Assembly (NCBI GenBank): GCA_964035545.1
Contig: OZ037766.1
Coordinates: forward strand, 5,136,722 to 5,200,721
Source of the DNA: Bugula neritina
Taxonomy: Eukaryota > Animalia > Bryozoa
DNA length: 64,000 nt
Direction of reading: 5' to 3'
This document shows positions 26,903 to 39,155 of this stretch, one piece after another; positions within the stretch are counted from its first letter, which is position 1; each line of letters starts with the position of its first letter. The position numbers were made by a program, and so were the translations under genes. Below the pieces are notes generated by a model. The model was given only the letters and a program-made list of their open reading frames with translations. It made no database searches and was not told the DNA's origin.

Positions 26903-27849
26903 TTATTATAAAAATATGTTGAAAATTAAATAACTGTTGCTATCTAGATTCCAAGAGATGCGACTGAACTGCAACTGAATTACAGTTTCGTATGATTATC
27001 ACTATGAGTATGACTATCACTATGACTATGAGAGTATGAGTATTTCGATCTGTAAGTGTAACTGTATTGGTGACTGAAAGTGAATTGCAGTGACTGTGAC
27101 ACTGACTGTGAGTGTTATTACTTTAATACTTCAGTCTGTAAATAACAATATTATTAACCTTAGTGCACATTTTAATAATCATAATGAAATATTATATTAT
27201 TATTAATACATACTGTTGTTGTTTCAAGAACTATTGCATTGAAATATATTTTCATTTGCCTTTGGCTATAGTCTTATAGTAGTTATAGATGTATGGAATT
27301 ACAATTAGATACAGTCATCACATTAGATTCAGAGCATCCCCAACCTGTATAGTCATAGTGTATATATTATATAATATTTATTTATTTGCCTATTATAAAA
27401 AAATGTTGAAAATTAAATAACTATTACTATCTAGATTTTAGGATATACGACTGAGCTGCAACTGAATTACAGTTTCGCATGATGATGATTATCACTATGA
27501 CGTTGGGCCTGGCTATCACTATCACTATGACTATCACTATGAGTACGAGACTGAGTATCTCGATCTAAGTGACTGAATTGCAGTGACTGCGAGTGTTATT
27601 ATTTCAATACTTTAGTCTGTAGTATAACAATATTATAAACCTTAGCGCACATTTTAATAATGAAATATATTAAATTTAATACATGCTGTTGTTGTTTCAA
27701 GAACTATTGCATTGAAATATATTTTATTATTTACATTTGCCTTTGGCTATAAATGTATAAACTTACTATTAGATACAGTCGTCACATTAAATTCAAGACA
27801 TCCCCAAACTGTACGTCAGTGTAGTCATAGCGTATATAATATTTATTTC
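26903..27849. repeat. Diverged direct tandem duplication, two ~470-bp copies (~26903-27388 and ~27390-27849)
   Basis: Both copies begin TATTATAAAAA..TGTTGAAAATTAAATAACT, share GCAACTGAATTACAGTTTCG and CTGTTGTTGTTTCAAGAACTATTGCATTGAAATATATTTT, and end ...TATAATATTTATTT. Confidence 0.9.
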
Positions 27850-28174
27850 TACGTAACTATAATTAATAGTTTGTCTCATTAGATCAAATAATTCTAACAC
27901 TCAAAATCATCAACATCAAAAGCATCGTAAAGTAAGACCCAAAATGCTATGAAGAAAAACTTAGAGAATTTTCCAAGTTCGTTAATACTTCAAAACTTGA
28001 AATTTTTTGTTATTGCTTTTAAGGTAGTTGAACTGTACAATTTTAAGAACAATGATTTCATATTTCCAATTTGTACAGCACTGTGGTTTTCATTTTGTTA
28101 CCTGTAGAAGTTTCAACTGTCCTTTCCTCTGGGTTAGTCATATTTCTATACAGTCCCAACATCATTTCTAAGCT

Positions 28175-31100
28175 ATGGCAGATTCGACTCATGAAGTGAA
28201 CACAGTGGTGGTTAAAGAAAATCTACAAGGTGTGTTATGAATAGCATTTCCTGTGGCTTTGAACATTTTCAGTAACAACATGTTTATAATAATTCTTTGT
28301 TTCAGACTTCTTGGCTTGGTATAGGCATTCTGGTGAAAATGAGATTCCAGAAATCTCACCGTATCAAACCATGCGCAAAAGGGGATCAAAAATGGAACCT
28401 GTTAAAGATTACAGAGTCATACTTCAAGATATCGGATCTAATTATATAACACATATGCATGTTGGCGTAACAAATGTGGCACCTAATTTGGAAGTTATCT
28501 GTCCTCGCATCACTCATCTCAAAATATATATGTGGCCTAATGCTGATCCTAAAATGGATTTGTAAATCATTTATCTATAGTTGACAAATTATTTGCGACA
28601 TCTAACCCCCTCATTCACACTTTGCCGTATCGTATCGCTGTAATAGCAAAAACAAAATGGCACTGCTGTTACGTTTCGTCAACATGCGTTCACACACCGA
28701 AAAGAAGTACAACGCATGACGTTGAGCTGTGACCAATCATAGTAAGGATAATTTTTGTCTGTAGTGACTTGTATGCCTTTGGATATTATTCACAAATTTC
28801 TCGCAAAATTCTCAAAAGATGTAATATAAATGTTATTGACTAGATAAAAGCAATTAAAAGAAAAAGTCTCTCTTAAATATATGTGTCTTTGAAATAATTG
28901 TTCAAACTAATTTGAATAATAAATATTTAAGCTGCCCAATTAATTTTTAAGTTTTTGGTTTGCGTGCTTTTGTAATTAGTGAAAGCTAGATTTTTAAGCT
29001 GAGTTTAATTTAAATAAGCCGGATGAACATTTTTTAATTCTTTGAAACTTTTGAATTGATTAAATTAAATCAACAATAAGCGATTAAAATAAACCAGCGG
29101 AAAAAATTCTTTAAATTTTAGTACCATGTCAATTCTGCGCAATGAGAGGCCGACGTAATCAAGCAGAGTTTGATCAACGCCCCAACGTATCCCCCTGTTC
29201 ACACATTGCCGTACCGTACACCGTAACTGCAAATGTCCGCCATCTTTGGTAACATCTGGGCTGAATCGTACCCTGGTATACGCTGCCGCGTCGATCAAGC
29301 AGTGCTTGATTCAAAAATAACGTCGGGCTCCTATTGGGTAAAGTTAATCTAGTACTAAAATTTAAAGAATATTTTCACTAGTTTATTTTAATCGCTTATT
29401 GTTGATTTGATTTAACAAATTTAAAAGTTTTAAAGGATTAAAACATTTTTATACGGCTTTTTAAAATTAAACTCAGCCTAAAAATCTAGTTTTCACTAAT
29501 CACAAAAGCACACAAACCAAAAATTTAAAAATTATTTGGACGGCTTAAATATTTATTATTTAAATTAGTTTGCACAATTATTTAAATGTATTTAAAAGAG
29601 AGATTTTTTTCATGTAATTGCTTTTATCTAGTCAAGAGCAATTATGTAACATCTTTTGAAAAGAATGTTGCGAATAATTTGTGAATAATATCCTAAGGCG
29701 TATAAGTCACCACAGACAAGAATTAGCCTCATTATGATTGGTCACAGCTCAACGTAATGGGTTGTACTTTTCATCAATGTGTGAACGGCTGTTGACAAAA
29801 CTTAGTAGCGGCGCCATTTTGTTTTCGCAGTTACGGCGTACGATACGGCAAAGTGTGAATAGGGGGTTAGTTAGTGTGACTTTGTTTATTGTAACAGCTA
29901 GCTAGTCTTTTATTGCTTTATCATTAAGTTCACTCAAACACTAGCCATTATGCTTTGATTGTGTTTAAGCTACTTTTTCATTCTTCAGTCTTTTAAGCTT
30001 TTTTTACAGTTTTACAATTTACTTACTGACTGAATTGTAAGTGACTGTCAAATCTTGCATTGTTTGTAAACTGTTATTATCCGTTTTAGATTCTGTGAAC
30101 CAACTAAAAATCAGTTACAGGTACTTAAGGATTGGTATATGTTCTGATAATGATTTGTCTTTTTGCATAGTATAGAGCACTGTAAGGAAATCTGTAAGTT
30201 AGAAATATACTATGCAGACTTCATAAATGGTGGATTCTCTGATGTATTTTCTAAATTGACCTCTCTCAAGGAGCTTTACCTATCTCGCTGCCATTTACCT
30301 CAACTTCCAGCAGAGCTTCAAAGGTGATGCAATGAATTTTCATATCATCTGAAGTCATTCTATAATTTAATGTTTTTGAAAATTGTAACTTGACAAAAAT
30401 GTTTTGAGCTTAAGAATTGTATAATGAGTGTATTGTTGTATATAGCCGTCTGCATTAAGTAATGAATATTGGGAGATAGAAGCTTTTGCTGTTGTAAAGT
30501 AATTTATTTTTAGGTAACCCATCAGTTCATTAACTGCAGGTAGCTCAAACTGAAATATAGGTCAAGGTTACCTGTTAGCTTTTATATAATTTGAAGCATT
30601 GACTGTTTCGAAATGATGTTTCCAAATACTGAAGTATTCTGTGTTGCAGTTTGGCTCCTTTAGAACATCTTCAAGTTCTTTCGATAATAGGAGATCACGC
30701 TAACATGGGATACCCAGAAGTTGTCTCCTCGTTGACTAATCTTACTCACCTTTATCTCACAATGTTGAATATCACTGAGTTACCATGGAGGTCAGTTTCA
30801 GAATACAAAGTTACTTCCTGTATAGTAATGCTCACACTCACGCACATCTGGTACATATTTTCAATTTCGGTCCACACTTCTTTTTCGGGAACAATCTAGA
30901 AGAAAAAGCTAGCAACCACTGAGATAGTCCCATCACATCACCGTGTTGAATGCTTGTCCTGTATCAGACTGATTAACTTTCAATATGTTAATCAGTTCAA
31001 CAGGTTAAACTGTGTTTTGTTTTTTTGCCTTTATTTATGTGATATGTGCTCAATTCCATTTTCTTACTGTAGTTTCTTTTGGTAGTTTCTTGTACTCTTT

Positions 31101-32264
31101 CTCCTCCATCTTTGGTTACACAGCTTGGCCTCACTTAATACTTAACCTGCACAGTTTCATACAATTATACTTGTTTAAAATTTGTCTAGATGCAACTAAA
31201 TGCAATTGATATGAAGTAATGTTATTTCTACAACTTTTGCTCCAATTTTTATTGTTAAAATGGAAATTATTTGCAGTTTTTCATCATTAAAGAACCTGCA
31301 AGTTCTAGATCTTTCCCGAAACAAATTCGCCAACCACCAACTTCCTGTGGTCATCTGTGAACTTACCGAGTTGGTACATTTAGACTTGACTATGTGTGAT
31401 CTTGTTGATTTACCACAAAGGTGAGAGAATACGTGTTTTCAAATACTAGAAATAAGTTTATGACAGTCTAGTTTGAGATAAGTTCTTCTATCTGTAGTTA
31501 TTGTGCTTAAATCAGTATTGTGATGGCTCCTATAATTTCCAGACATGTTTAGCGGTTGGTGATAAATTCAGCTCATCGTGTTCAAGTTCCATGAGAAGTT
31601 TGCTTGAAATGAAAAATTATTATACATTATTTGCAACATACAGTAGCCGAATCCTAGCTTTTCAATAAAAGACAAATTAGCGAATAAATGGCTATGATTT
31701 GGAACTCGGGCCATTCTTCAGTTCCAACTACATTCTATTAGGTTTATGTGGTGTTGAGAATCCCAAGTAGGTCCCATAGTGTAATGTTTAACACGCTAGC
31801 TTGCGAGTTGGAGCTCTGCGTTTCGTTTCCCAGTGGGAGGGAGATATTTGAAACTTTAGTTTAGCATTGAATTATATAAGGAACGAAACAGATGTCAAGC
31901 TGATGAAATTTTTTAAACTAGAATATTGACCACATTTCAGTTTATTGAAATTTTCTAGTTTCTGGTGTATAATTTTAGTTTCAACCGGCTAACTAAACTG
32001 GAGTATCTCAACTTGAGCTTCAGCAACTTGAAAATTGTGCCCCCTCCAATATACAGCCTCACCAACCTGATATTTCTTTGTGTTTCTGCTAACTTGGAAC
32101 TGCTCACCTTTGACAAGGCCATACTGAACTTGGAAAAGTTAGAAGAACTACACTTTGTTTATTGCCATGAACTGAAGGAGCCTCCTAAGGATTTATGTGT
32201 TGAGGGCATTGCTGGAGTTAGGAGATATTTTATGGAAAAAGAAGCATCTCGTATCGTTGACTAG
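28175..32264 (+). CDS. LRR-only protein, paralog A (exons ~28175-28229, 28306-28561, 30171-30323, 30650-30790, 31277-31420, 31979-32264)
   Basis: Frame-consistent GT-AG exons: MADSTHEV...|DFLAWYRHSGENEIPEI...|IEHCKEICKLEIY...|LAPLEHLQVLSI...|FSSLKNLQVLDLSRNKF...|FNRLTKLEYLNLSF...LKEPPKDLCVEGIAGVRRYF; LxxLxxLxL repeats; exon-by-exon match to paralog B. Confidence 0.88.
28605..29867. mobile_element. Non-autonomous foldback DNA transposon (~520-bp inverted arms, ~225-bp spacer) in intron 2 of LRR paralog A
   Basis: ACCCCCTCATTCACACTTTGCCGTATCGTA... and ...TACGATACGGCAAAGTGTGAATAGGGGGT are reverse complements; complementarity continues inward to ~29125/29351; flanked by TA (or TAA/TTA). Confidence 0.9.
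31771..31839 (+). pseudogene. Degenerate tRNA-like sequence (tRNA pseudogene or SINE/transposon-embedded tRNA head)
   Basis: TCCCA...TGGGA acceptor-like stem, D-arm GTGT-AATGTTTA-ACAC, stem CTAGC/GTTGG, decayed B-box GTTTCGTTTCC. Confidence 0.5.
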
Positions 32265-32870
32265 GCTGTTACTGGTATCTTATATTCAGCCTATTTAATA
32301 GTTTGTGAGATGAAATCGAAAGTATTATGCGAAGCTCAATTCTGTTAGCAATTGTAATATTATTTGTGGCATAATTTTTTAGGGTTCACACATTACGTTA
32401 AATTATTTATACAATCATATTTAATCATTTTTCTTTCACAAAAGAGGCAACCATTTTCTAAGACACACTCGATGTTTGTAAACCAGACTCTCTTTCTAAT
32501 AGTCTCATAGAGGCCACTTCGACCAGCTTGGCGCTGTGTTATCCACAACAATAATAATAGTAGCTTTTAGTGGGCATCTGTCATCTCACTTTCCTGATAT
32601 TTGTACGCCCCAAATTTGCTTGCATTTCAAACATTAATTATTTGGATACTGCTAATGACTCTCAACAACTTGAATACAATACTTTCGTAACAACAAAAAT
32701 TTAAACCAAGTTGAATTTGAAATCAAGACTGTTTTTAAAAGCGTTATATATTATATTGTGAAATATTTTCAATAGAAAACATTATTGCAGCATGACATAG
32801 TTTTGATTATGGTACAATTCATAAAAAATAAATGATCTAAAAAAAATAAAATAAACGTTGAATGTTGAGC

Positions 32871-35800
32871 TTATTCAATATAGTCAGCTTCCTCTCTATC
32901 GATAAAATATCTTCGAATTCCTGCGATACCCTCTGGATACAAGTCTGAAGGAGGACATGTTAGAGCTGGACAATTGTCAAAGTACAGATCTTTCAAGTGA
33001 TGCAGGTTTAGTATGGCCTTGTCAAGGGTGTGAAGTTCAAAGTTCACTTGGATAGAGAGAAATCTTAGGTTAGTGAGACGGTAGACTGGAGGTGGTAAGA
33101 TCTTTAGGTTGTTATGACTGAGATTCAAAGATTCCATTTTCGTCAGTCGACTGAAACTAAAATTAAAGAAGACTTCAGCTCTGTTATCTGTTTTAATAAT
33201 TAAACTTTTAATTCTAAAATTTCACATTTAATCATTAAATTGATCAATAAAGATTTAGATAGGAAAAATCTATCAGCCGTGTTACTCTTTTTGAAAAATG
33301 CTTTGGGAATTATTTTAAATTAGTTGCGCAGTTTAACACATAAAAACTGTGATAACATGATCACTCAAAAGTAGTAATATTGTTAAAAATTTCTTCAGTT
33401 CATGAGATGACCGCTTACTGAAATAACATCTCCTCATCTCATCTAATTAATCTCACTCGGAGCGCTTTGGCTCCTTTATCGAGATGCAGTGGTGTATGAA
33501 CAATTGTTTAGATTATCAGTAGTAAGGAAGAAAACCATTTTGTCTACGAGATAAGAATATAGTTAATTATGCTTTGATTCAAAGCTCAATAGCTAGCTAC
33601 TGCCAGGAGAAAAAAAGAAAAAAAAGTAAATATACACAGCACAGCTTCAGATGTTATGAAGCAGAGTCGGTGTTAAGTGCTTATAATCAGTTAGGCAAAG
33701 CAGCTAGAATCATTAGAAAAGTTTATGGATGCGATGTTTATATGAATGTTTGGCAGTTTTGGTATTGATATTGCCCTTAATAGCACCATGTCTGGTATTG
33801 TGAGACTCTGCAAAATGAAGGGAGAACCGGTCTTGGTCTATAGCGGCACTACCAGAAAGCATACGAAAGTACATTTTTTGGTCTGCATTGTCACGTCTTT
33901 GTGCAAGGCTATCCCAATTTGAATTTGTCATGAGCTCAGTTATATGATCTCGTTTTCTCTTACAGAATGTCCACCTGAAGGCTTTTCTATTTATACCTTC
34001 TATGATGTTGATGTTTTTCAATTTAAATGGAGACCAGGTGTGGGTCGCAAATTCTAGTATAGGGCGACAGACTGTTTTATAAGCTATGGCTCTGGTTTTA
34101 CTTTTAGCCTTTTTTAGACAGCGCATCAGCATGTGTAATGATTTATTAGCTTTTGAGCAAATGTTTATTATATGTTGATCGAATGACAGTTTATTATCAA
34201 TCGTGACACCAAGGTATAATACTTTGTCAACACATTGTAAGGGGTCATTATTCATGCTGTATTGAGACACTAGAGGATTTACAGTGGAGCGTTGAATTGT
34301 CATATGCTCACATTTATTTATATTGAACTTCATCTGAGAACTGTCTGCCCAAGTTATAAGATGGTCTAAGTCATTCTGAAATAAATTAGAATCAGCAGGT
34401 GTTGTGATTGGTTTGTACAACAAGGAATCATCTGCATATAGTTTAAGCTTGCTGTTGGCTACCGCAGAGTGCATGTCATTTATGTACACATTAAATAACA
34501 ATGGTCCTAATACACTGCCTTGGGGCACTCCTGAGGTCACATGTCTAGTGGCCGATAACAACTCACAAATCTCAAACTGTTATAATAACTATAAAATAAT
34601 GTACTCAATATACAATAAAATCATTAAAGTGATAAACGCAATGTCTTACCTTTGTGGTAGATCAATAAGATCACACTTCATCAAGTCTAAATCCACCAAC
34701 TCAGTAAGTTCACAAACGACCACAGGAAGTTGATGGTTGGCGAACTTATTCCATGAAATATCTAGAATTTGCAAGTTCTTCAATGATGAAAAACTATTAA
34801 AAATATAATATAAAGCTAACTAAAAAGTAATCTTGAAAATATATCTGATACACTACAAGCACCGTAAAATTGATCAAATAATGAAATAATTTTACATACA
34901 AATTATTTGTCAGGTGAAATTATTCACACTTATAAAGGGAATATTAATAGCAGTCTTACCTCCATGGCAGATGAGTGATGTTGAACATGGGAAGGTGTAG
35001 GTCAGTGAGCTTCGTCAAAGAGGAGACAACTTCTGGGTATCCTACAGTCAGCTCATCTCCACGAATATACAGGACTTTGAGATGTTTTAAAGATGACCAG
35101 CTGATAAAAAGAAATTAATAATTAAAAAGTGTTGACATATTTTAGCAGATTATAATAGCATATAGTATGTCATTGAACGATTGTGTTATATATTTAATAG
35201 AAAATATAGAGCAATGTTTAGACTATATGGAGCTATTTTTAGACTATATTGTAGACTATATGGTGCTATTTTAGGCTATATAGAGCTACTCTATGTGTTA
35301 TATAGAACCACCTTGCATACCCTTTAAAACAACTGTTTTCATAGACCGTGTAGAACTATTGTGTATATTTTATAGTCCAATTATTTTCTATATTATACAA
35401 AACTATCTAACATAGTAAACTGTCCATAGTCTACCATCACTACTCTATTATTAATCAAATCATTCTATCCAATTACTTCATTAATCCAATGAAACTGCTG
35501 AAGCACTTAGAATGTAAAAAACGGTGCAATAGTCTTCACAAGTGAGTGTAACCCATAAAACTAAATATTATACTGTAATAATATTAAAATATAAAACTGA
35601 AATTTATCCATCCCAACAGCTTTTCAAAAGGAACCGACTAATTTGAGTGACTTACCTTTCAGGAAGTTGAGGAACATGACAAGATCGAAGAATAATCTCT
35701 CTAAGAGAGGTCAATTTAGGTATGACTTCTGGAAAACCATTCATTCGGAATTCTGCATTGTATATCTCTAGCTTATACAGATCTTTGCAGTACTCCAAAC

Positions 35801-37033
35801 TATTCACCACAGAATAAAATATACAAGATATGATAGAGTGATAGACCCACCAGCAGTTGCAAGAGATGTTGTTAGTAACCAAACAACTTGAAAATAGTTT
35901 CTACGATCATAATTAGGTGATTCTGATTCATAACTGAGCAAGCTACGCTCAGAAGCCAATGAAATGTTACAAGGAAAACCTTAAAAAAACACATTTCCTT
36001 CTTAACAAACAACAAAATTATCTATACATGTATATCAGCTTTAATCTTATTTTAAAAGTTTTCTTATTTCTAAGATACATAACAGAGCAATGACAAGGTA
36101 TAAATTTAGTAAGGAAATTTTGCAGCCCAATATATTAAGATAACTCCAAAACCATTTTAAAATAGTTTTTGCAAAGCAATACTTTAAAAACTTACCAATC
36201 TAATTTACGTTCAGCAACTTCCAAGCAATAGACTCTAAGATGAGTGAGTCGTGGGGCAATGACATCTAGAGGGGGCACCACATTCGTCACATTAACATAC
36301 ATGTGTGTGATATAATTAGACCGGATGTTGCGAAGGATAGCTCTGTAGTCTCTAACAGTCTTCATATTGTATCCAGTTTCCAGGATTGTGTTTCTAGAGG
36401 GTATCTCTGGGATTTCATCTTGACCAGAATGTCTATACCAAACCTGAAACTCTACAGAACACATGCCACTGCAGAAATAATTTGCAAAATTTGTTGAAAC
36501 TTGAATGCATCAATTTTTCCTTCTTTGCATAATCATTATTAAAAAATATTCCAGTGCAGTGCATTAACTATTCAGTTTATTGTTCTTTAAATAACCTAGT
36601 ATTGACAACATTTTTTACATGACATAACATTGAGTAACAATTGTTTATTAGCCTTATAACGTATTTATAAAATATCTGCATACGATTATAACAGCATATT
36701 CTACAAGTTGTGATGACAAAAATAATAATTATAATATTATTTAAGCTTCAACAATATTTTTAATTTAATATAAGAAACGGTTGAAAATTTTCAACACATA
36801 AAATTAAGTATAAATGATTCTAATATTTGGCTAAGGAAACTTGTCAGACTCACTTTTCATTTACTGTTTATAAATCTGTAGGCAGCAGCCAACATGTTTG
36901 TCTATTTGTTATTTGAACGAGGACAATATAATCACAGTTTACAAGTATAATAGAATTAAAGAAATTAGAAACCTGCAAGATTTTGCTTTTTGATGGTAAA
37001 ATTTTTACCTGGTTGCCTTTCAACTTCAGACAT
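32871..37033 (-). CDS. LRR-only protein, paralog B (exons ~37033-37009, 36452-36196, 35799-35656, 35101-34960, 34794-34650, 33157-32871)
   Basis: MSEVERQP|EFQVWYRHSGQDEIPEI...|LEYCKDLYKLEIY...|WSSLKHLKVLYI...|FSSLKNLQILDISWNKF...|FSRLTKMESLNLSH...LTCPPSDLYPEGIAGIRRYF; same exon phases as paralog A; the first exon is less certain. Confidence 0.88.
33429..34554 (-). mobile_element. 5'-truncated non-LTR retrotransposon (CR1/L2-like), C-terminal half of reverse transcriptase plus 3' UTR, in last intron of LRR paralog B
   Basis: ORF 33713-34561 has GVPQGSVLGPLLF, LYADD, MKFNINKC, YLGVTID, YKTVCRPILEFA; 3' end with short GAGAT repeats; candidate target-site duplication ATAACA at 33423-33428 and 34555-34560. 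Confidence 0.92.
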
Positions 37034-39155
37034 ATCCAAATCCAAATAGCTCCTTCGATAGGCTCATCAAAGAAACATAGGTATCACTACCTAGGTAATA
37101 TTATTAATAAACTGGATGATAATTCAAAGTAAATGAATAAATAATTTTTGCAGTTTTATACTCTGATTATTTAGCATCATCATTATGATAAAATTTATAA
37201 TATTTGTTATAATTTTCAAGCATAGGTAGAGTAAAAGTACCAATATGTATTGAATTTGAATTATAATATATTACCAATTGACAGATAGAGTATACGCATA
37301 GAGTAAGATAATAATGAAAATTGAAATAGTTGCCATAAAATAAAACTCCTCAACAGAAAAATAAAATGGACAATTAAAAGCCACGCTAACAGTGATGTCT
37401 AATACTAATAGAGTTAGTATTGCTATTACTAACAGTACTACTAATAGTGTCACGGGTAATAGTAATACTAATAGTGACTAATACTAAAACTTATGTCTTA
37501 TACTATAACTATTACTATTAGTAATACTAATAGTAATAGTAATAGTAATACTATTAGTATTAGTAATACTTTACTATTACTATTTACTCTAATACAGGAA
37601 TACTAATACTAATAGACTTAGTATTAGATTACCTGATTCTATTTATAGACTATGTCTATAGTAATACTAATAGAGTAATACTAATAGTAATAGTAACAGT
37701 TATACTTACTAACATTTATAATAATAGTTATAGAAATAGTTATAGAAATTCAAATTGAAATTATTAATTAAGTTCAACAAAATTAGAACACCAACTCTAA
37801 GTATTGTTTTTGAAAAACAACTTATACGATTTAAAATTGTTGGTAAAACTAAATGAGATTTTGTAGTCATGTGTGATACGAGTTGCTAGGCTAGTAATAC
37901 ATACGATTAAATTGCCAATTGGTGGTTACTAGCTTCTACTTTTAGTTTCAGTTCCAGCGACCTGCTAGAGCGTTCAATATAGCGGAAACTATGGTATAGC
38001 TGCTAATCTACTTGAAAAATTTCGCAGATAAATTTGTAAAACTATTGGTAAATACCGACTACACCCTCAATGAAAAAATTCTGGTTTTGACATTAAGACG
38101 TCCTTTTAATAGGCGTTACATTTATTTTAAATGTGAATCTGAATGTATGCTGAAGTCATGTAATTGCAGTGCAACTGTGCAAGTGTTGCTTTACGGTTAT
38201 ACTTCTAGATAAAAGTAAATGTATTAATATTTAGCTGGGTAAAGGAATCTTCGATTTATTTGTATATCTAATTATGAGAAAGCAACAATTGCAATGACAC
38301 TGACAGCGAGCGAGTTTCACTTGTAATTCAAATTCAATTTGAAATTCAAATTGAAATTGCATGAAATAAATAAATGATTAATTTTAAATTGTTTAAAATT
38401 AATAATTGAAATATTTAATGTTGAACTTAATTTATTATCATTATGCTTATCATAATTATAAAATTATTGTTAAACGTGATTGTAATTATGATCACCATTA
38501 TGATTTTTATCATTATCATAATGGTGATGATATTCATATTGATTATCGTATTCTGATTCAATTTTATAGTGATACCGATATTCAATTTCATATTGATTTA
38601 ATTTAATGATAATTGATTTTGAATTTGATATTTTAATTTTTACTTTAATTCTTATTCACAGCTGAGAAACTAAAAGAAAGTTTAACAAACAAATTCAACT
38701 CTCACATCAAGCTGTAACTGTTATTTGTGTTAAACTTAAGGTAGTAGTTAAAATAGTGAATTTGACTTTCATTTTCATTTTAATTTGCTTTATTTTGAAC
38801 ACACATCTAATTTTATCAACGATGCATTTAAAAATAAAACATGTGCTAGTTGTAGTAGTAGTTATTTATAATGTCCGTACAAAAGATTGTATATGTTACT
38901 GGTTATTTACATACGCATAATTATAATAATACTCATACTAGGCCCCTATACTCTATAGTAATATAAGTATAACTAATGTGAATGTCATGTATATTGGAAT
39001 TAATATTGAAACATTTGTTACTCGCTCTAAATTTGATTTAAATTGTATAGTAGTATTGAATTTGTAGTAATATTACATGATTTCTTCTTCATTGTTTAAT
39101 GCCATTAATGACTTTTCTCTAATTCAGAAAAATTTGGGAGCAAAGTATCAATGAT

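Noticed and set aside
30090-30120. Possible micro-exon in LRR paralog A
   Set aside because: 31 nt would shift frame; the flanking exons join in frame without it, as in paralog B
7029-37033. ADAR + LRR pair + RT as a co-functional operon-like defence or diversity-generating system
   Set aside because: The RT is an ordinary 5'-truncated LINE, no template/variable repeat pair is visible, and adjacency in an animal genome is not evidence of shared function
38406-38606. His/Tyr/Asp-rich ORF
   Set aside because: Arises from the triplet-periodic non-coding tract; non-ATG start, no splice context
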